The notes beneath the pieces are model-generated. The model saw only the letters and a program-made list of their open reading frames with translations. It ran no database searches and had not been told where the DNA came from. Below are positions 24,726 through 33,590 of a DNA stretch of 64,000 nt, in pieces (position 1 is the stretch's first letter; each line of letters starts with the position of its first letter). The position numbers were made by a program, and so were the translations under genes. The stretch lies in the sequence record NC_024125.2. One strand, given 5' to 3'. The stretch comes from Escherichia phage vB_EcoM_112.

Positions 24726-25009
24726 CGGAATGAAATGAAAGCAGAAACTGAAGCAACTAAACTGTCTTCAATATAAACTTCAATTTTTACCGGAGCTTCT
24801 GACTCAAATTTACCTGTTACTACACCCTGAAAAATACTTTCAGTCTGTTCTGGCTTTGAAAAATTTTCAGAAGGAAAAATTCCAAACTTTTTATCTGTTC
24901 CGAAAATTTTGATAAATTCATCATAAACTGCTTCATTAAAAGCATTATCAGCAGGAATAACGCCTTCAACTACAAGTTCTTGACCTAAAAAGCGTAAAGA
25001 AGATTTCAT
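24719..25009 (-). CDS. Hypothetical protein (T4 alt.-3 position)
   Basis: 96-aa ORF with ATG start and GAGGA SD, last ORF of the minus-strand block. Confidence 0.65.
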   Translation of the reverse strand: MKSSLRFLGQELVVEGVIPADNAFNEAVYDEFIKIFGTDKKFGIFPSENFSKPEQTESIFQGVVTGKFESEAPVKIEVYIEDSLVASVSAFISFRK

Positions 25010-25016
25010 TTTGTGT

Positions 25017-25070
25017 TCCTCATGTTATGTCAGTAAGACTACTATAACACAACACGAGGGACTTGTAAAC
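25017..25070 (-). promoter_or_regulatory. Early (sigma70-type) promoter plus leader, copy A of an exact 54-bp repeat
   Basis: Minus strand GTTTACA-N17-TATAGT then leader ending in GAGGA SD; identical to 38610..38663. Confidence 0.6.
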
Positions 25071-25245
25071 TACATTTTGAACTTTTTAGTACGCGTAATA
25101 GGCATGCGTCGATTTTATACTGTTTCATTGTTTGAAGAGCAGTATCAAAAACAGCATTAATGACACCAATTGGATTTCCACCCAAGTTTTTAAGCTTAAC
25201 TAATGATAGTTTCTCATTAACACCTATCATTACGATATGCATCAT
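25042..25245 (-). CDS. Alt N-terminal-domain paralog fragment (distal piece; T4 alt.-2-like)
   Basis: 67-aa ORF resembling Alt residues ~64-130 (MMHIV...QTM.QYKIDAC.LR.LKS). Confidence 0.55.
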   Translation of the reverse strand: MMHIVMIGVNEKLSLVKLKNLGGNPIGVINAVFDTALQTMKQYKIDACLLRVLKSSKCSLQVPRVVL

Positions 25246-25427
25246 TTTATCGCCCGGCTTAACGTTTTATTCGTATCACCGCCAGAGGTGTATGTACAAA
25301 ATCTAAATCCAGGAAGCACGCTTTCTTCGCCGGCTTGAATAGCAAAAATTTGTGGTATTTTATGCTTAGGATTTAAGTTAACAACCGGCGCCGAAGCGCC
25401 GTCAAATAATTCTGTAATAAGTTCCAT
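25242..25427 (-). CDS. Alt N-terminal-domain paralog fragment (proximal piece; T4 alt.-1-like)
   Basis: 61-aa ORF MELITELFD...NLNPK.KIPQIF...PGFR.CTYTSGGDTN resembling Alt residues 2-56; out of frame with the next piece. Confidence 0.55.
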   Translation of the reverse strand: MELITELFDGASAPVVNLNPKHKIPQIFAIQAGEESVLPGFRFCTYTSGGDTNKTLSRAIK

Positions 25428-25430
25428 GAT

Positions 25431-27479
25431 TTATCCTTGAACGAACTTGTAAGGCATGTTTGCAATATCTATGCAAGACGCAATAATTCCAAGAGATGAT
25501 TCTACTTTCTGTTTAACATTTGATGAAACAAATGATGCAAAGTCAACTCTATCTTCTATATCACCTGTCATTGTAACCAATTCACCAGTTTCCATTAAAC
25601 GGTCACCGTCATAAATTACCGATTCGGTGAGTTCTTCTGTGGTCATAACTTCAGCTTGAATAAGCTTGTTGTTAGTTCTAACTGTTCCATCGTTGTAAGA
25701 TGCATCGGTTATTTTATTAACTTTGACCATTAATCCACGTGGCAAAATGACTTCCATTTCATTTGAAGGCGCTAAACTTCCACCGGGTAAAACAACATTG
25801 ACCTTATCAGCCCCAGTAATAACCCATCCAATTCCAACTAAATTATCGCTAGAATTTACAAGTCCTTCATCAGTTTTATCAATAGAAACACTTAAACGCT
25901 TTTCGTCTGGTAAAACACCCACAGATGAATCAGTCATCCAAGTACCAAAAATATTTGGATATAATGATGTTGACACAAAGTTTCTAAAATAAAAAACTCG
26001 ATTTTTTACCATTGCTTCATATATTGAAGGTAACATTCGTTGTGAACGATACAAAGTAATACCTTTTGGTAATCGTTCACCATTTTTAAAGGCTGAATCT
26101 AAATTATCAATGGCTTGTTCTATTTCAGGTGCTGTTAAAATACTTGTACGCTCATCTGGATTATATAATCCCAAAAGAGCATTATTTATGTCTACATATC
26201 CTGAACCTACATATTCACGAATTCCGCGTTTTTGCGCTGGTGTGTATTTAGATGAATCTTTATTTTCGACTATAGGATGTAATGACCATCCAGCGGTAAG
26301 AGCATATCCACGTAATTCTCTTCGAATAATCTTTGTTTTTATTGCATTCCAAGAATTTTGTACTAACTCATTTGCAGCATCTTGGTTTAAATGCGAATGT
26401 CTGTTAATATTTCTTTCAAACCAAGCACCTTTATATTTTTCTAAAGTATCATCGACGATAGAAGCAATAGTTTCTAAAGTTTTTATTGAAGTAATAGATT
26501 CTTTTCGTAATTTTTCTAAAGCTTTATTTTTTATTTCTGCATTAATAATGGATTCTTTATCTTCAGGAATTATAGAAGCTTCTCTGAATGCCATCCCAGC
26601 TGTAACACTGCTAAGAGCATTCTCTAGTGCAAATCCTGAAGTAGAAATTACCGTTAATTCATTAGAATCAGAAATTAAAGGAGCGTCCGCTGGTTTATTT
26701 AATTCTGCCGCTGAAGCCTCAAATTTTTGAAACATCGGTGTTTCAAATCTAGAAGATTCCAATGACTGACTTTGTGCAATTGCTCTACGGGAAATTTTAA
26801 CTTTAACGATTACAGCTTGGTCAGAACGTTTATCATTTTCTTGTGCAATAGATGCTGCAATTGCCTCATTTTTAGTTACTTGAGCTCCAGTATCTTTATT
26901 GATATAAACATCACCGACCTTCGATTCAACTTTAGTAAAGAGCTCGGTACTAATTTCCGGAACCCCTGGAATGTCTTCTAGTGATACATTTTTGCGATGT
27001 ATAAGAATATATGCATACTTTTTATCATAATCCCAGAGTTCCTTAAGAAGGACGTATCTGCCACCTGAACGACTACGGATAAGTCTATCAGCAATAACTT
27101 GAATTTGTCGAGCTTGGCCAGCAGTTTTAGACTTAAGAATACGAAGCATACAAGCATCAATTTTATACTGACGCATTGTTTGCAATGCAACAGTAAAAAC
27201 CGAATTGATATAATTAATTGGGCTTGGACCAAGACCTTTCAATTTAGCAATTGAACCTTTAGCGGTTAATGTAAAAGGAACAATATGCATCATTTTATCG
27301 CCCATCTTTAAATCACGATTAGTATCACCTCCAGATGTATAGGTACATAAACGAAAGCCTGGTTGTTCAATTGCGTCATCAACATGAACTGAAAAAATTT
27401 GCGGTATTTTCTTCTTTGGATTTAAGTTTGTAATCGGAAGAGTAGTATCTTCGTCAAATAATTCTGTAATTAGTTCCAT
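25431..27479 (-). CDS. alt: ADP-ribosyltransferase Alt (packaged RNA-polymerase-modifying enzyme)
   Basis: 682/683-aa ORF (tandem ATGs; the second has better SD spacing); sequence and size as T4 Alt. Confidence 0.92.
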   Translation of the reverse strand: MELITELFDEDTTLPITNLNPKKKIPQIFSVHVDDAIEQPGFRLCTYTSGGDTNRDLKMGDKMMHIVPFTLTAKGSIAKLKGLGPSPINYINSVFTVALQTMRQYKIDACMLRILKSKTAGQARQIQVIADRLIRSRSGGRYVLLKELWDYDKKYAYILIHRKNVSLEDIPGVPEISTELFTKVESKVGDVYINKDTGAQVTKNEAIAASIAQENDKRSDQAVIVKVKISRRAIAQSQSLESSRFETPMFQKFEASAAELNKPADAPLISDSNELTVISTSGFALENALSSVTAGMAFREASIIPEDKESIINAEIKNKALEKLRKESITSIKTLETIASIVDDTLEKYKGAWFERNINRHSHLNQDAANELVQNSWNAIKTKIIRRELRGYALTAGWSLHPIVENKDSSKYTPAQKRGIREYVGSGYVDINNALLGLYNPDERTSILTAPEIEQAIDNLDSAFKNGERLPKGITLYRSQRMLPSIYEAMVKNRVFYFRNFVSTSLYPNIFGTWMTDSSVGVLPDEKRLSVSIDKTDEGLVNSSDNLVGIGWVITGADKVNVVLPGGSLAPSNEMEVILPRGLMVKVNKITDASYNDGTVRTNNKLIQAEVMTTEELTESVIYDGDRLMETGELVTMTGDIEDRVDFASFVSSNVKQKVESSLGIIASCIDIANMPYKFVQG

Positions 27480-27502
27480 CATATCCTCTCTAGTGTTTAT
27501 TC

Positions 27503-27510
27503 TATTTATA
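27503..27510 (-). promoter_or_regulatory. T4-type late promoter (TATAAATA on minus strand) upstream of alt
   Basis: Plus-strand TATTTATA about 21 nt upstream of alt start. Confidence 0.55.
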
Positions 27511-27515
27511 AAATT

Positions 27516-27533
27516 AAAGGCCCGAAGGCCTTT
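27516..27533 (-). terminator. UUCG-tetraloop hairpin downstream of the gene 30 operon
   Basis: Minus-strand AAAGGCC-UUCG-GGCCUUU overlapping the stop of the 62-aa ORF. Confidence 0.45.
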
Positions 27534-27720
27534 AGTAATCTAGTGGTAAGAGAGTACGATATATTTCAAACTTTGGTCCTTTTTCATAGGCATCAAATGT
27601 TTCTGTGAATTTATTATAAGCGTATGCATCTACAAATTCGAGAACGATTTGTGATACAGAAGTAGAAACATCTCCACCTTCTTTTTGAGCAATGACAATT
27701 GCTTCTAAGTAAGCTTTCAT
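27532..27720 (-). CDS. Hypothetical 62-aa protein translationally coupled to DNA ligase
   Basis: ATG overlaps gp30 stop (ATGA); no recognisable domain. Confidence 0.55.
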   Translation of the reverse strand: MKAYLEAIVIAQKEGGDVSTSVSQIVLEFVDAYAYNKFTETFDAYEKGPKFEIYRTLLPLDY

Positions 27721-29180
27721 AGACCAGTTACCTCATGAAAATCGCCAAATACATCTTCGAACGTATTAGCTTTAGTTTTATCTTCGCGTAAACGAATCGC
27801 AATCGGAAGAAATAATTTAACGTAATCAGTGCGGCCATCAGATTTTAACCAACCGTTGCATTCGCACTCTAGAATTTTTCCAATATAATAATTTTGGTTT
27901 TCCATAATGCGAGTACGGTCAAGTTCATGCGATTTTACACCGGCTTTATCTTTTAAGCCTGAACCAGCATTTACCTTAATTTTTCCACACTCTGACTCAA
28001 GAATAAATCCACCTGCTTTAGTAGGGTCTTTACGGTGAGGATAAATTCCTACAATTTTTAAATCAACATCAATTACTTCTTTAAATTTATAAAGATTTTT
28101 TGAACGGGCATTTTCCCATAACCCATCAACGTTTTTGAGAATAATACCTTCAAGACCTTGGTCAATATACTTTTTATAAATTACCTTGGCTTCGTCTAGG
28201 TTATTTACTACCTGGTTTTCAATTAAAATTACTTTATCATAGCCTGATGTCATTTGTTCTAGTTTAGAAAAACGTACATCATATTTCAAACGAAATGCAG
28301 GAAGACCGTATATTTCTACCAACGGTACATAATCCCAGACCTGAAACTTCATGCATTGAGCTTCTTTTTCAGAAATGGTTCCCTTTAAAGATTTATTAGC
28401 GATTCCATTAGAAGTAGTACGTGATTCAGCTACTTCGGCGAATTCTTTGGCTTTACTAATTTCAGGATAAGCATCAAAAAGAAAATCTAGGCCTTCTGGT
28501 TCCTTTTTAACTTGCTCATGGTATACCAATTCGCCATCAATTAACACACCTTCTGGATGAATCTGGCGGGCTTCAGCAGTCATTTTGATTAACTCTTCCT
28601 TAAGAAGATCTAATCCTAGATATTCATTACCAGCTCGTGATAAAAGACGAACATCATCTAATTCATCACCTCTGACTTCGGCAAAGCACCGAGCTCCATC
28701 AGCTTTTAATTGGGCAAAGGCTGGAAATTTGATATTCTTATTAATGCCTTTTTCATCATAAGAACTTGCCAGCATTTGAGGTTGTTCAGGAATTAAACCT
28801 GGCCAAACTTTGTTTGCAATAGATACTGAAGCACCGCATTCAAGGTCTCGCATCATCACCCGACGCAAAACTTCAACATCATCTTTTTTACCGTCAGTAA
28901 TATATCCAGTTAATTCCTCAATTGCTGCATTGCCAGTTAATTTCCGAGTAGCTAACGTGAATTCAATGAAGTCAAGCATATCGGTAATAGTCAGCATTCC
29001 AAAACTCTGGGTAGCAATACCAGGTTTAGGCCATTTCTTGATATAATACTGCAACCCACGAGAATAAGTTAAACGATATACTCGTTTAAGCAATTCATTA
29101 TCTTTATTCTTTTCAAGAATTGCTTGCTTCTGCTTAGTTGAACCAATAGATGCTATTTCGTTCAGAATTTTAAGAATCAT
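27717..29180 (-). CDS. 30: ATP-dependent DNA ligase gp30
   Basis: 487-aa ORF MILKILNEIASIGSTKQKQAILEKNKDNELLKRVYRLTYSRGLQYYIKKW...; active-site lysine motif KADGAR; matches T4 DNA ligase. Confidence 0.96.
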   Translation of the reverse strand: MILKILNEIASIGSTKQKQAILEKNKDNELLKRVYRLTYSRGLQYYIKKWPKPGIATQSFGMLTITDMLDFIEFTLATRKLTGNAAIEELTGYITDGKKDDVEVLRRVMMRDLECGASVSIANKVWPGLIPEQPQMLASSYDEKGINKNIKFPAFAQLKADGARCFAEVRGDELDDVRLLSRAGNEYLGLDLLKEELIKMTAEARQIHPEGVLIDGELVYHEQVKKEPEGLDFLFDAYPEISKAKEFAEVAESRTTSNGIANKSLKGTISEKEAQCMKFQVWDYVPLVEIYGLPAFRLKYDVRFSKLEQMTSGYDKVILIENQVVNNLDEAKVIYKKYIDQGLEGIILKNVDGLWENARSKNLYKFKEVIDVDLKIVGIYPHRKDPTKAGGFILESECGKIKVNAGSGLKDKAGVKSHELDRTRIMENQNYYIGKILECECNGWLKSDGRTDYVKLFLPIAIRLREDKTKANTFEDVFGDFHEVTGL

Positions 29181-29446
29181 TGTTCATCCTTTAGAGTTTG
29201 GTTTACAGCTCTATTATAAATCAATTCATCATTAAGCTCAGTCAAAGACCTATGATATGTAGTTCTAACTTTATTTCCTTGCATCCAGTGCTTGACGTAA
29301 ATGAAACCTTGTTCTACGCATTTTTTAAAAATTCGTTCGTCTTTTTGAGCACGGAATTCTGGATTGCATCTAAAAAATTGATTTACGTGACCGTAATCAC
29401 GTGTAGTATTACCTTCATTTTCATAAATAGTATGAACAACAAACAT
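29177..29446 (-). CDS. Hypothetical protein (T4 30.1 position)
   Basis: 89-aa ORF with ATG start, overlaps gp30 start. Confidence 0.65.
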   Translation of the reverse strand: MFVVHTIYENEGNTTRDYGHVNQFFRCNPEFRAQKDERIFKKCVEQGFIYVKHWMQGNKVRTTYHRSLTELNDELIYNRAVNQTLKDEQ

Positions 29447-30285
29447 TAGAATGCTCCTTGGAAAATATTATCACCACTAGTAGGTCTATTATACAAATAC
29501 TCTATACCGCCGGGTTTAATATAGTTCCATGTCTGAAACGGATGTGTCTGATATGGATGATATAGATGATTATAAGGATTAAATCCAGGAGTTCTCCAGG
29601 TAGTGTTCCAAGGAAAAGAATCGTTTTTAATCATCTTTTCAATTACATCTTTTATAGCTTTTTCACTATCAAAACTTTCTTTATTTTCCTTCGGTGAAAA
29701 AAGCTTATTCTCTACATCGTTCCATGTATAAACTCGCTGAGCAGTTTTTGGAATACTGTCACGTTCCCCTCGAGCCATCCAATAAACAGGAACATTTAAT
29801 ATTTCACTCGCGTGATCGCAGTGGTGAGCGAGATCGTCAATATAACAAATCACGTTATATTTCTCTTTTGCCTTTTTAAACAACTCTTCTTTTGAAGAAT
29901 CATGACCACACATCAGTACTTCTGAGAAGGCACCAGGAAAAAGAGCATTCAAATTAAATTGACGATTCAGCAGAGCGTCAATAGAATCACCCAATGCTGT
30001 AACAGCTACAAAATTATAATCTTCTTTTAATTTGTTAATTACACACAGGGCATCTTTATATGGAGACAAGTAACGAATAAAATCTGAACGATTGTATTTT
30101 TCAATTAACTTGACGCCAAGTTCTTCATCACAATTAAAAAGTTTACCAGGAGAAATAAATTTTTCATCTTGGATCATTTTTAAAATATGTTCCAATGGAA
30201 GATTATATTTCTGAGCAAAATAAGGAAGGCCTGATTGCCAGCTTAAACATACTCCATCAATATCAGTTAAAATAGTAGGCTTCAT
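29446..30285 (-). CDS. HAD-superfamily hydrolase-like protein (T4 30.2 position)
   Basis: 279-aa ORF; N-terminal LTDIDGV (DxDG HAD motif I). Confidence 0.7.
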   Translation of the reverse strand: MKPTILTDIDGVCLSWQSGLPYFAQKYNLPLEHILKMIQDEKFISPGKLFNCDEELGVKLIEKYNRSDFIRYLSPYKDALCVINKLKEDYNFVAVTALGDSIDALLNRQFNLNALFPGAFSEVLMCGHDSSKEELFKKAKEKYNVICYIDDLAHHCDHASEILNVPVYWMARGERDSIPKTAQRVYTWNDVENKLFSPKENKESFDSEKAIKDVIEKMIKNDSFPWNTTWRTPGFNPYNHLYHPYQTHPFQTWNYIKPGGIEYLYNRPTSGDNIFQGAF

Positions 30286-30740
30286 AGAGAGTCTCTTAAT
30301 AGGTTTAACACATCAATAAATTCAGCTTCGGTTAGTATTGTATCATCTTTTGTTAGACCACTAGCCATGCTGTGCTTCAAAACTTTTCCTTTCGAGGCTT
30401 GTAATGCATCACGAAAGCCCTTGTTTTGGATTGCTGCTTCAAAATATGCATTTGTGTATAATTCTTTCCACGCCGGGGAGTATCTTGAAAACGGAACTCC
30501 AAGCCAGAAGAGGGTCCCACGGTCCTGAGCTCTAGCATAAGACCTTCCAGCTTGTTGAGCGGCAAGCCCGGATAACCCAAATATACGACGTTGTTGTTCA
30601 ACATTTTTCACCTTGCATCCTTGGAGGAATCCTTCAAGACCTCCAAATTGAATACCATCCATAACGAAAGGCCATTGGGCGAAATTACTTAATGCACATG
30701 ATGGCCACCTAAAATTGCTTCTAATCTCTAACTCAGACAT
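30282..30740 (-). CDS. Hypothetical protein (T4 30.3 position)
   Basis: ORF-track start 30746 is TTG; first ATG at 30740 gives ~152 aa; possible YbiA/NADAR-like fold is only a guess. Confidence 0.6.
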   Translation of the reverse strand: MSELEIRSNFRWPSCALSNFAQWPFVMDGIQFGGLEGFLQGCKVKNVEQQRRIFGLSGLAAQQAGRSYARAQDRGTLFWLGVPFSRYSPAWKELYTNAYFEAAIQNKGFRDALQASKGKVLKHSMASGLTKDDTILTEAEFIDVLNLLRDSL

Positions 30741-30939
30741 TTTCAATGCTTATAATTTCAACATCAGCCCAATGACCATAGCAAGGAAGACGAAATTCAA
30801 CTGGCCAGTTAGGGTCCTTTTCTAATATAATAGACTCAACTCGTGGTTCTTCATGTTCATCAGTATATGGATTTTTATCTGTTACTTTATATGTGACCTT
30901 AATGTACTGAATTCCAAAAATCTTATTAATTATATTCAT
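30733..30939 (-). CDS. Hypothetical protein (T4 30.3' position)
   Basis: 68-aa ORF, ATG start. Confidence 0.55.
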   Translation of the reverse strand: MNIINKIFGIQYIKVTYKVTDKNPYTDEHEEPRVESIILEKDPNWPVEFRLPCYGHWADVEIISIENV

Positions 30940-31133
30940 ACTAATTCCTTTAATCCGTAGATAGGAGATAATTCATCGCCCATATGAAGGTCTTCATTTC
31001 CATCTACCCAAGAAACAATATAAGCCTCTTTTACTTGAACATCTCCCAATTTAAATGCGGGTAAAACCTTAGAAATTAATCCAGGTATACCAACTCCCTT
31101 TAATTCAACGGTTTGACCTAAAAAGAATTTCAT
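30936..31133 (-). CDS. Hypothetical protein (T4 30.4 position)
   Basis: 65-aa ORF, ATG start overlapping upstream stop. Confidence 0.55.
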   Translation of the reverse strand: MKFFLGQTVELKGVGIPGLISKVLPAFKLGDVQVKEAYIVSWVDGNEDLHMGDELSPIYGLKELV

Positions 31134-31420
31134 TAGAACCTCATCTGAAACCCATGTGATTTAACATTACCGCCATTAATATCAGAACTATTAATTTCGC
31201 GTGCAATTGAGGGATCAATGTCAATTTCACGATTGAGTTTAGCGATAGCTAGAGTATCACGCCCATTTACAGTACGAAACTCTAAAGGGCAGACTGCATT
31301 AACATAGTTTTTAATCGATTCACTGGTAGGTTGCAAATGAGCAGGAAGGTCTTTAGGCGCCTTAGAGAAAACCACTTCACAGAAATTTTTGCGGGTATCA
31401 AAATAAGTAGTCATAAACAT
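31133..31420 (-). CDS. Hypothetical protein (T4 30.5 position)
   Basis: ORF-track start 31471 lies upstream of a hairpin; ATG at 31420 (MFMTTYFDTRKN...) has a GAGGAAAA SD. Confidence 0.6.
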   Translation of the reverse strand: MFMTTYFDTRKNFCEVVFSKAPKDLPAHLQPTSESIKNYVNAVCPLEFRTVNGRDTLAIAKLNREIDIDPSIAREINSSDINGGNVKSHGFQMRF

Positions 31421-31437
31421 AGTATTTTCCTCAGTAA

Positions 31438-31451
31438 GGGGCCGAAGCCCC
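31438..31451 (-). other. UUCG-tetraloop hairpin between 30.6-like and 30.5-like ORFs
   Basis: Minus-strand GGGGC-UUCG-GCCCC. Confidence 0.4.
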
Positions 31452-31460
31452 TGTTTTATT

Positions 31461-31826
31461 TTAAATATCAAATTCGTTAAGAACTACATCAAAGATTGCT
31501 TCAAGATGCTCAGGTTTAGCTCTGTTACTCAGAATATGACGAATCCAAGTTTTAACCAGAAGCTTACGATTGACGCCATTCCAGCAAGGATGAGTCCCTA
31601 AATCACGTTGACGAAAATCATCATCTAATGCGATTTTAAAAGAAGAACCTTCTTTCGTGATTGAAACCGTGATGCCATTTTCAAATCGCATATAAACGTA
31701 GTTAGGAGTCATATACTGTTCAATTTCGCATACTGATCCATTTTGATGTTTCCAAAGGCAGATAGTATCAATAGAACCTGCAATACCGTTAGAAACATAT
31801 TTACGTTCAAAGTTGATGTAGTTCAT
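31461..31826 (-). CDS. Hypothetical protein (T4 30.6 position)
   Basis: 121-aa ORF, ATG start. Confidence 0.6.
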   Translation of the reverse strand: MNYINFERKYVSNGIAGSIDTICLWKHQNGSVCEIEQYMTPNYVYMRFENGITVSITKEGSSFKIALDDDFRQRDLGTHPCWNGVNRKLLVKTWIRHILSNRAKPEHLEAIFDVVLNEFDI

Positions 31827-31894
31827 TTTTATTCTCCGAGATGTTTAATTGCGGTACAGATATATAATATCATATCCTGTACCAAAGTAAACAA

Positions 31895-32227
31895 TTATTT
31901 TACTACTTTCCAATGCTTCATGTCAAGTTTACCAACTTTTTTCATCTTCTCAATTAAGCGTTCGGCACGTTGGCGAGCTGTAACATAATACCATTCACCT
32001 AATTCATTTTGTTCAATTTTTCCAACGATTACTGTATTCAATTCATAAATCCAACCAGTAAAGAAATTATGAACTTGGATTGTAAAGGTGAAATCTGTTC
32101 CCATACCTTCTGTTGTTTCTACTTCAATAATATCACCTTCAACTGCCATTAAGAACCACATAGTTTCATCATATTTACCATTGAAGCATTTAGTTTTAAC
32201 TGTAGCGTTCAGATTAATCGTTTTCAT
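31895..32227 (-). CDS. Hypothetical protein (T4 30.7 position)
   Basis: 110-aa ORF, ATG start with AAAGGAG SD. Confidence 0.65.
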   Translation of the reverse strand: MKTINLNATVKTKCFNGKYDETMWFLMAVEGDIIEVETTEGMGTDFTFTIQVHNFFTGWIYELNTVIVGKIEQNELGEWYYVTARQRAERLIEKMKKVGKLDMKHWKVVK

Positions 32228-32254
32228 TTTATTCTCCTTTGTTTGTGTAAGATA

Positions 32255-32284
32255 ATACTATCACAAAGGAACCGTACTGTAAAC
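32255..32284 (-). promoter_or_regulatory. Putative early (sigma70-type) promoter upstream of the 30.7-like ORF
   Basis: Minus strand GTTTAC-N18-TAGTAT. Confidence 0.4.
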
Positions 32285-32311
32285 AACTTTATGCAATCTT
32301 TGGAAAATAAA

Positions 32312-32331
32312 AAAGGACTCCCGAAGGAGTC
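32312..32331 (-). terminator. UUCG-hairpin terminator after the 30.8-like ORF
   Basis: Minus-strand GGACUCC-UUCG-GGAGUCC followed by UUUUUAUUUUCC. Confidence 0.5.
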
Positions 32332-32337
32332 CTCAAC

Positions 32338-32514
32338 TTATGCTTTCTGCTTACCAAAACGAGAAGCATCATCTCGAAGAACCGCACGTGCTCGGCGCAT
32401 GATCTTCTCAACAGTTTGATTGATACGAGAGTTCGACCCACGCTTGTAGCCAGCGCGTTTAGAATCACCAACTTTCTTTTCAACTGCTTTCTTTGCTTTA
32501 GCTTGTTTTGCCAT
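32338..32514 (-). CDS. Small basic protein (T4 30.8 position)
   Basis: ATG at 32514 (MAKQAKAKKAVEKKVGDSKRAGYKRG...) gives 58 aa; the track's longer ORF starts upstream. Confidence 0.5.
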   Translation of the reverse strand: MAKQAKAKKAVEKKVGDSKRAGYKRGSNSRINQTVEKIMRRARAVLRDDASRFGKQKA

Positions 32515-32527
32515 TATAAATTCTCTT

Positions 32528-32734
32528 TTAAATGAAAATGCAGGACTTATTGGCATTGCCTGCGCAAGCCCTCAAGGGGAACATAGGTTTTGAATATTTA
32601 CCGACAGGATAACCATAAACCTCGTCAACATACCACCAAGACTTACACAGATAACACTTTTCTGACGCATGATAGTAACATTCAAGAGGTACACCATAAA
32701 ACTGCCGGGGTCTTAAAACTATAATGATTCGCAA
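32528..32734 (-). CDS. Hypothetical Cys-rich ORF (T4 30.9 position), apparent TTG start
   Basis: 68-aa ORF with no in-frame ATG near the start; could be spurious. Confidence 0.35.
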   Translation of the reverse strand: MRIIIVLRPRQFYGVPLECYYHASEKCYLCKSWWYVDEVYGYPVGKYSKPMFPLRACAGNANKSCIFI

Positions 32735-32802
32735 ATCATTAATCAGACAGTTCGATGGCTCCTCGATTTTAGCTCACACTAAGGCAGTGAATCTCCAATA
32801 AA

Positions 32803-33051
32803 TTACTTCAGTGTTACCACAAAGTGACGAACTGCTTTTCGTGCAGCAGAAGCCAAAGGCTTAGCATACTTAAGTTCATCTTTTTCCTGGAGCTCAGCAG
32901 CTAATGCAGTTTGAGCAGGATTTAGATGTTTGAAATAACGCAGGATTTCAAGAGCTTCGGCTTCAACATCAATAGATGCGCCATAGTTTTCGTGACCATT
33001 ATTCCATGCGTTTCGTTGCAGTTCAAGAGCGTGTTGTAATTGTTTAATCAT
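32803..33051 (-). CDS. rIII: Lysis inhibition accessory protein RIII
   Basis: 82-aa ORF MIKQLQHALELQRNAWNNGHENY...; matches T4 RIII. Confidence 0.9.
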   Translation of the reverse strand: MIKQLQHALELQRNAWNNGHENYGASIDVEAEALEILRYFKHLNPAQTALAAELQEKDELKYAKPLASAARKAVRHFVVTLK

Positions 33052-33190
33052 TTAAAAATTCTCGTTAGAGATTAAAACTCGGTAGTCACGTTCTTCTGAA
33101 TTTCATCTTCTTTCGACAGATCTCTCAGTTGTAGACTACCACATAGAATTGTTCGGTTAACTTATTATTCCGACACCCAATTCATATTAT

Positions 33191-33198
33191 TATTTATA
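33191..33198 (-). promoter_or_regulatory. T4-type late promoter (TATAAATA on minus strand) between gene 31 and rIII
   Basis: Plus-strand TATTTATA directly after the gp31 stop, about 140 nt upstream of rIII. Confidence 0.4.
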
Positions 33199-33534
33199 TC
33201 ACTTATAAAGACATGGAATAGCTTTATAGTGACAAGTAACGAATTTTTGTTTAATTTCTTTTGGCTGCTTAAGACCCAGAGCTACAAAAGGATGCGGAAC
33301 ATTTCGAATTTGACCAACTGGAAGAGAAGTCAAATCACCAACTTCGCAGAAACCTTCAGGAACATCAGGACCAACAGAGTGAACTACACACAATTCAGGA
33401 ACTTCACCTTGAACACGTTTACCGATAATAAGCCCTGATTCTGTGACTTCTTCATCGCCAGCTTGTGCAGGTTCAGAAACTAAAATAACATATTCACCGA
33501 CAGCACGAATTGGTAGCTGTTGTACTTCAGACAT
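33199..33534 (-). CDS. 31: Head assembly co-chaperonin gp31 (GroES-like)
   Basis: 111-aa [33 protein letters not shown]...; matches T4 gp31. Confidence 0.93.
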
Positions 33535-33590
33535 CGTTTTTCCTTTTTGTTAACAGATGAATTAATAATAACAAATAATTCTTAAAGCAT

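Noticed and set aside
26110-26730. 206-aa plus-strand ORF antisense to alt
   Set aside because: Lies entirely inside the well-supported alt gene on the opposite strand; low-complexity sequence with no start-site signals. Treated as a chance antisense ORF.
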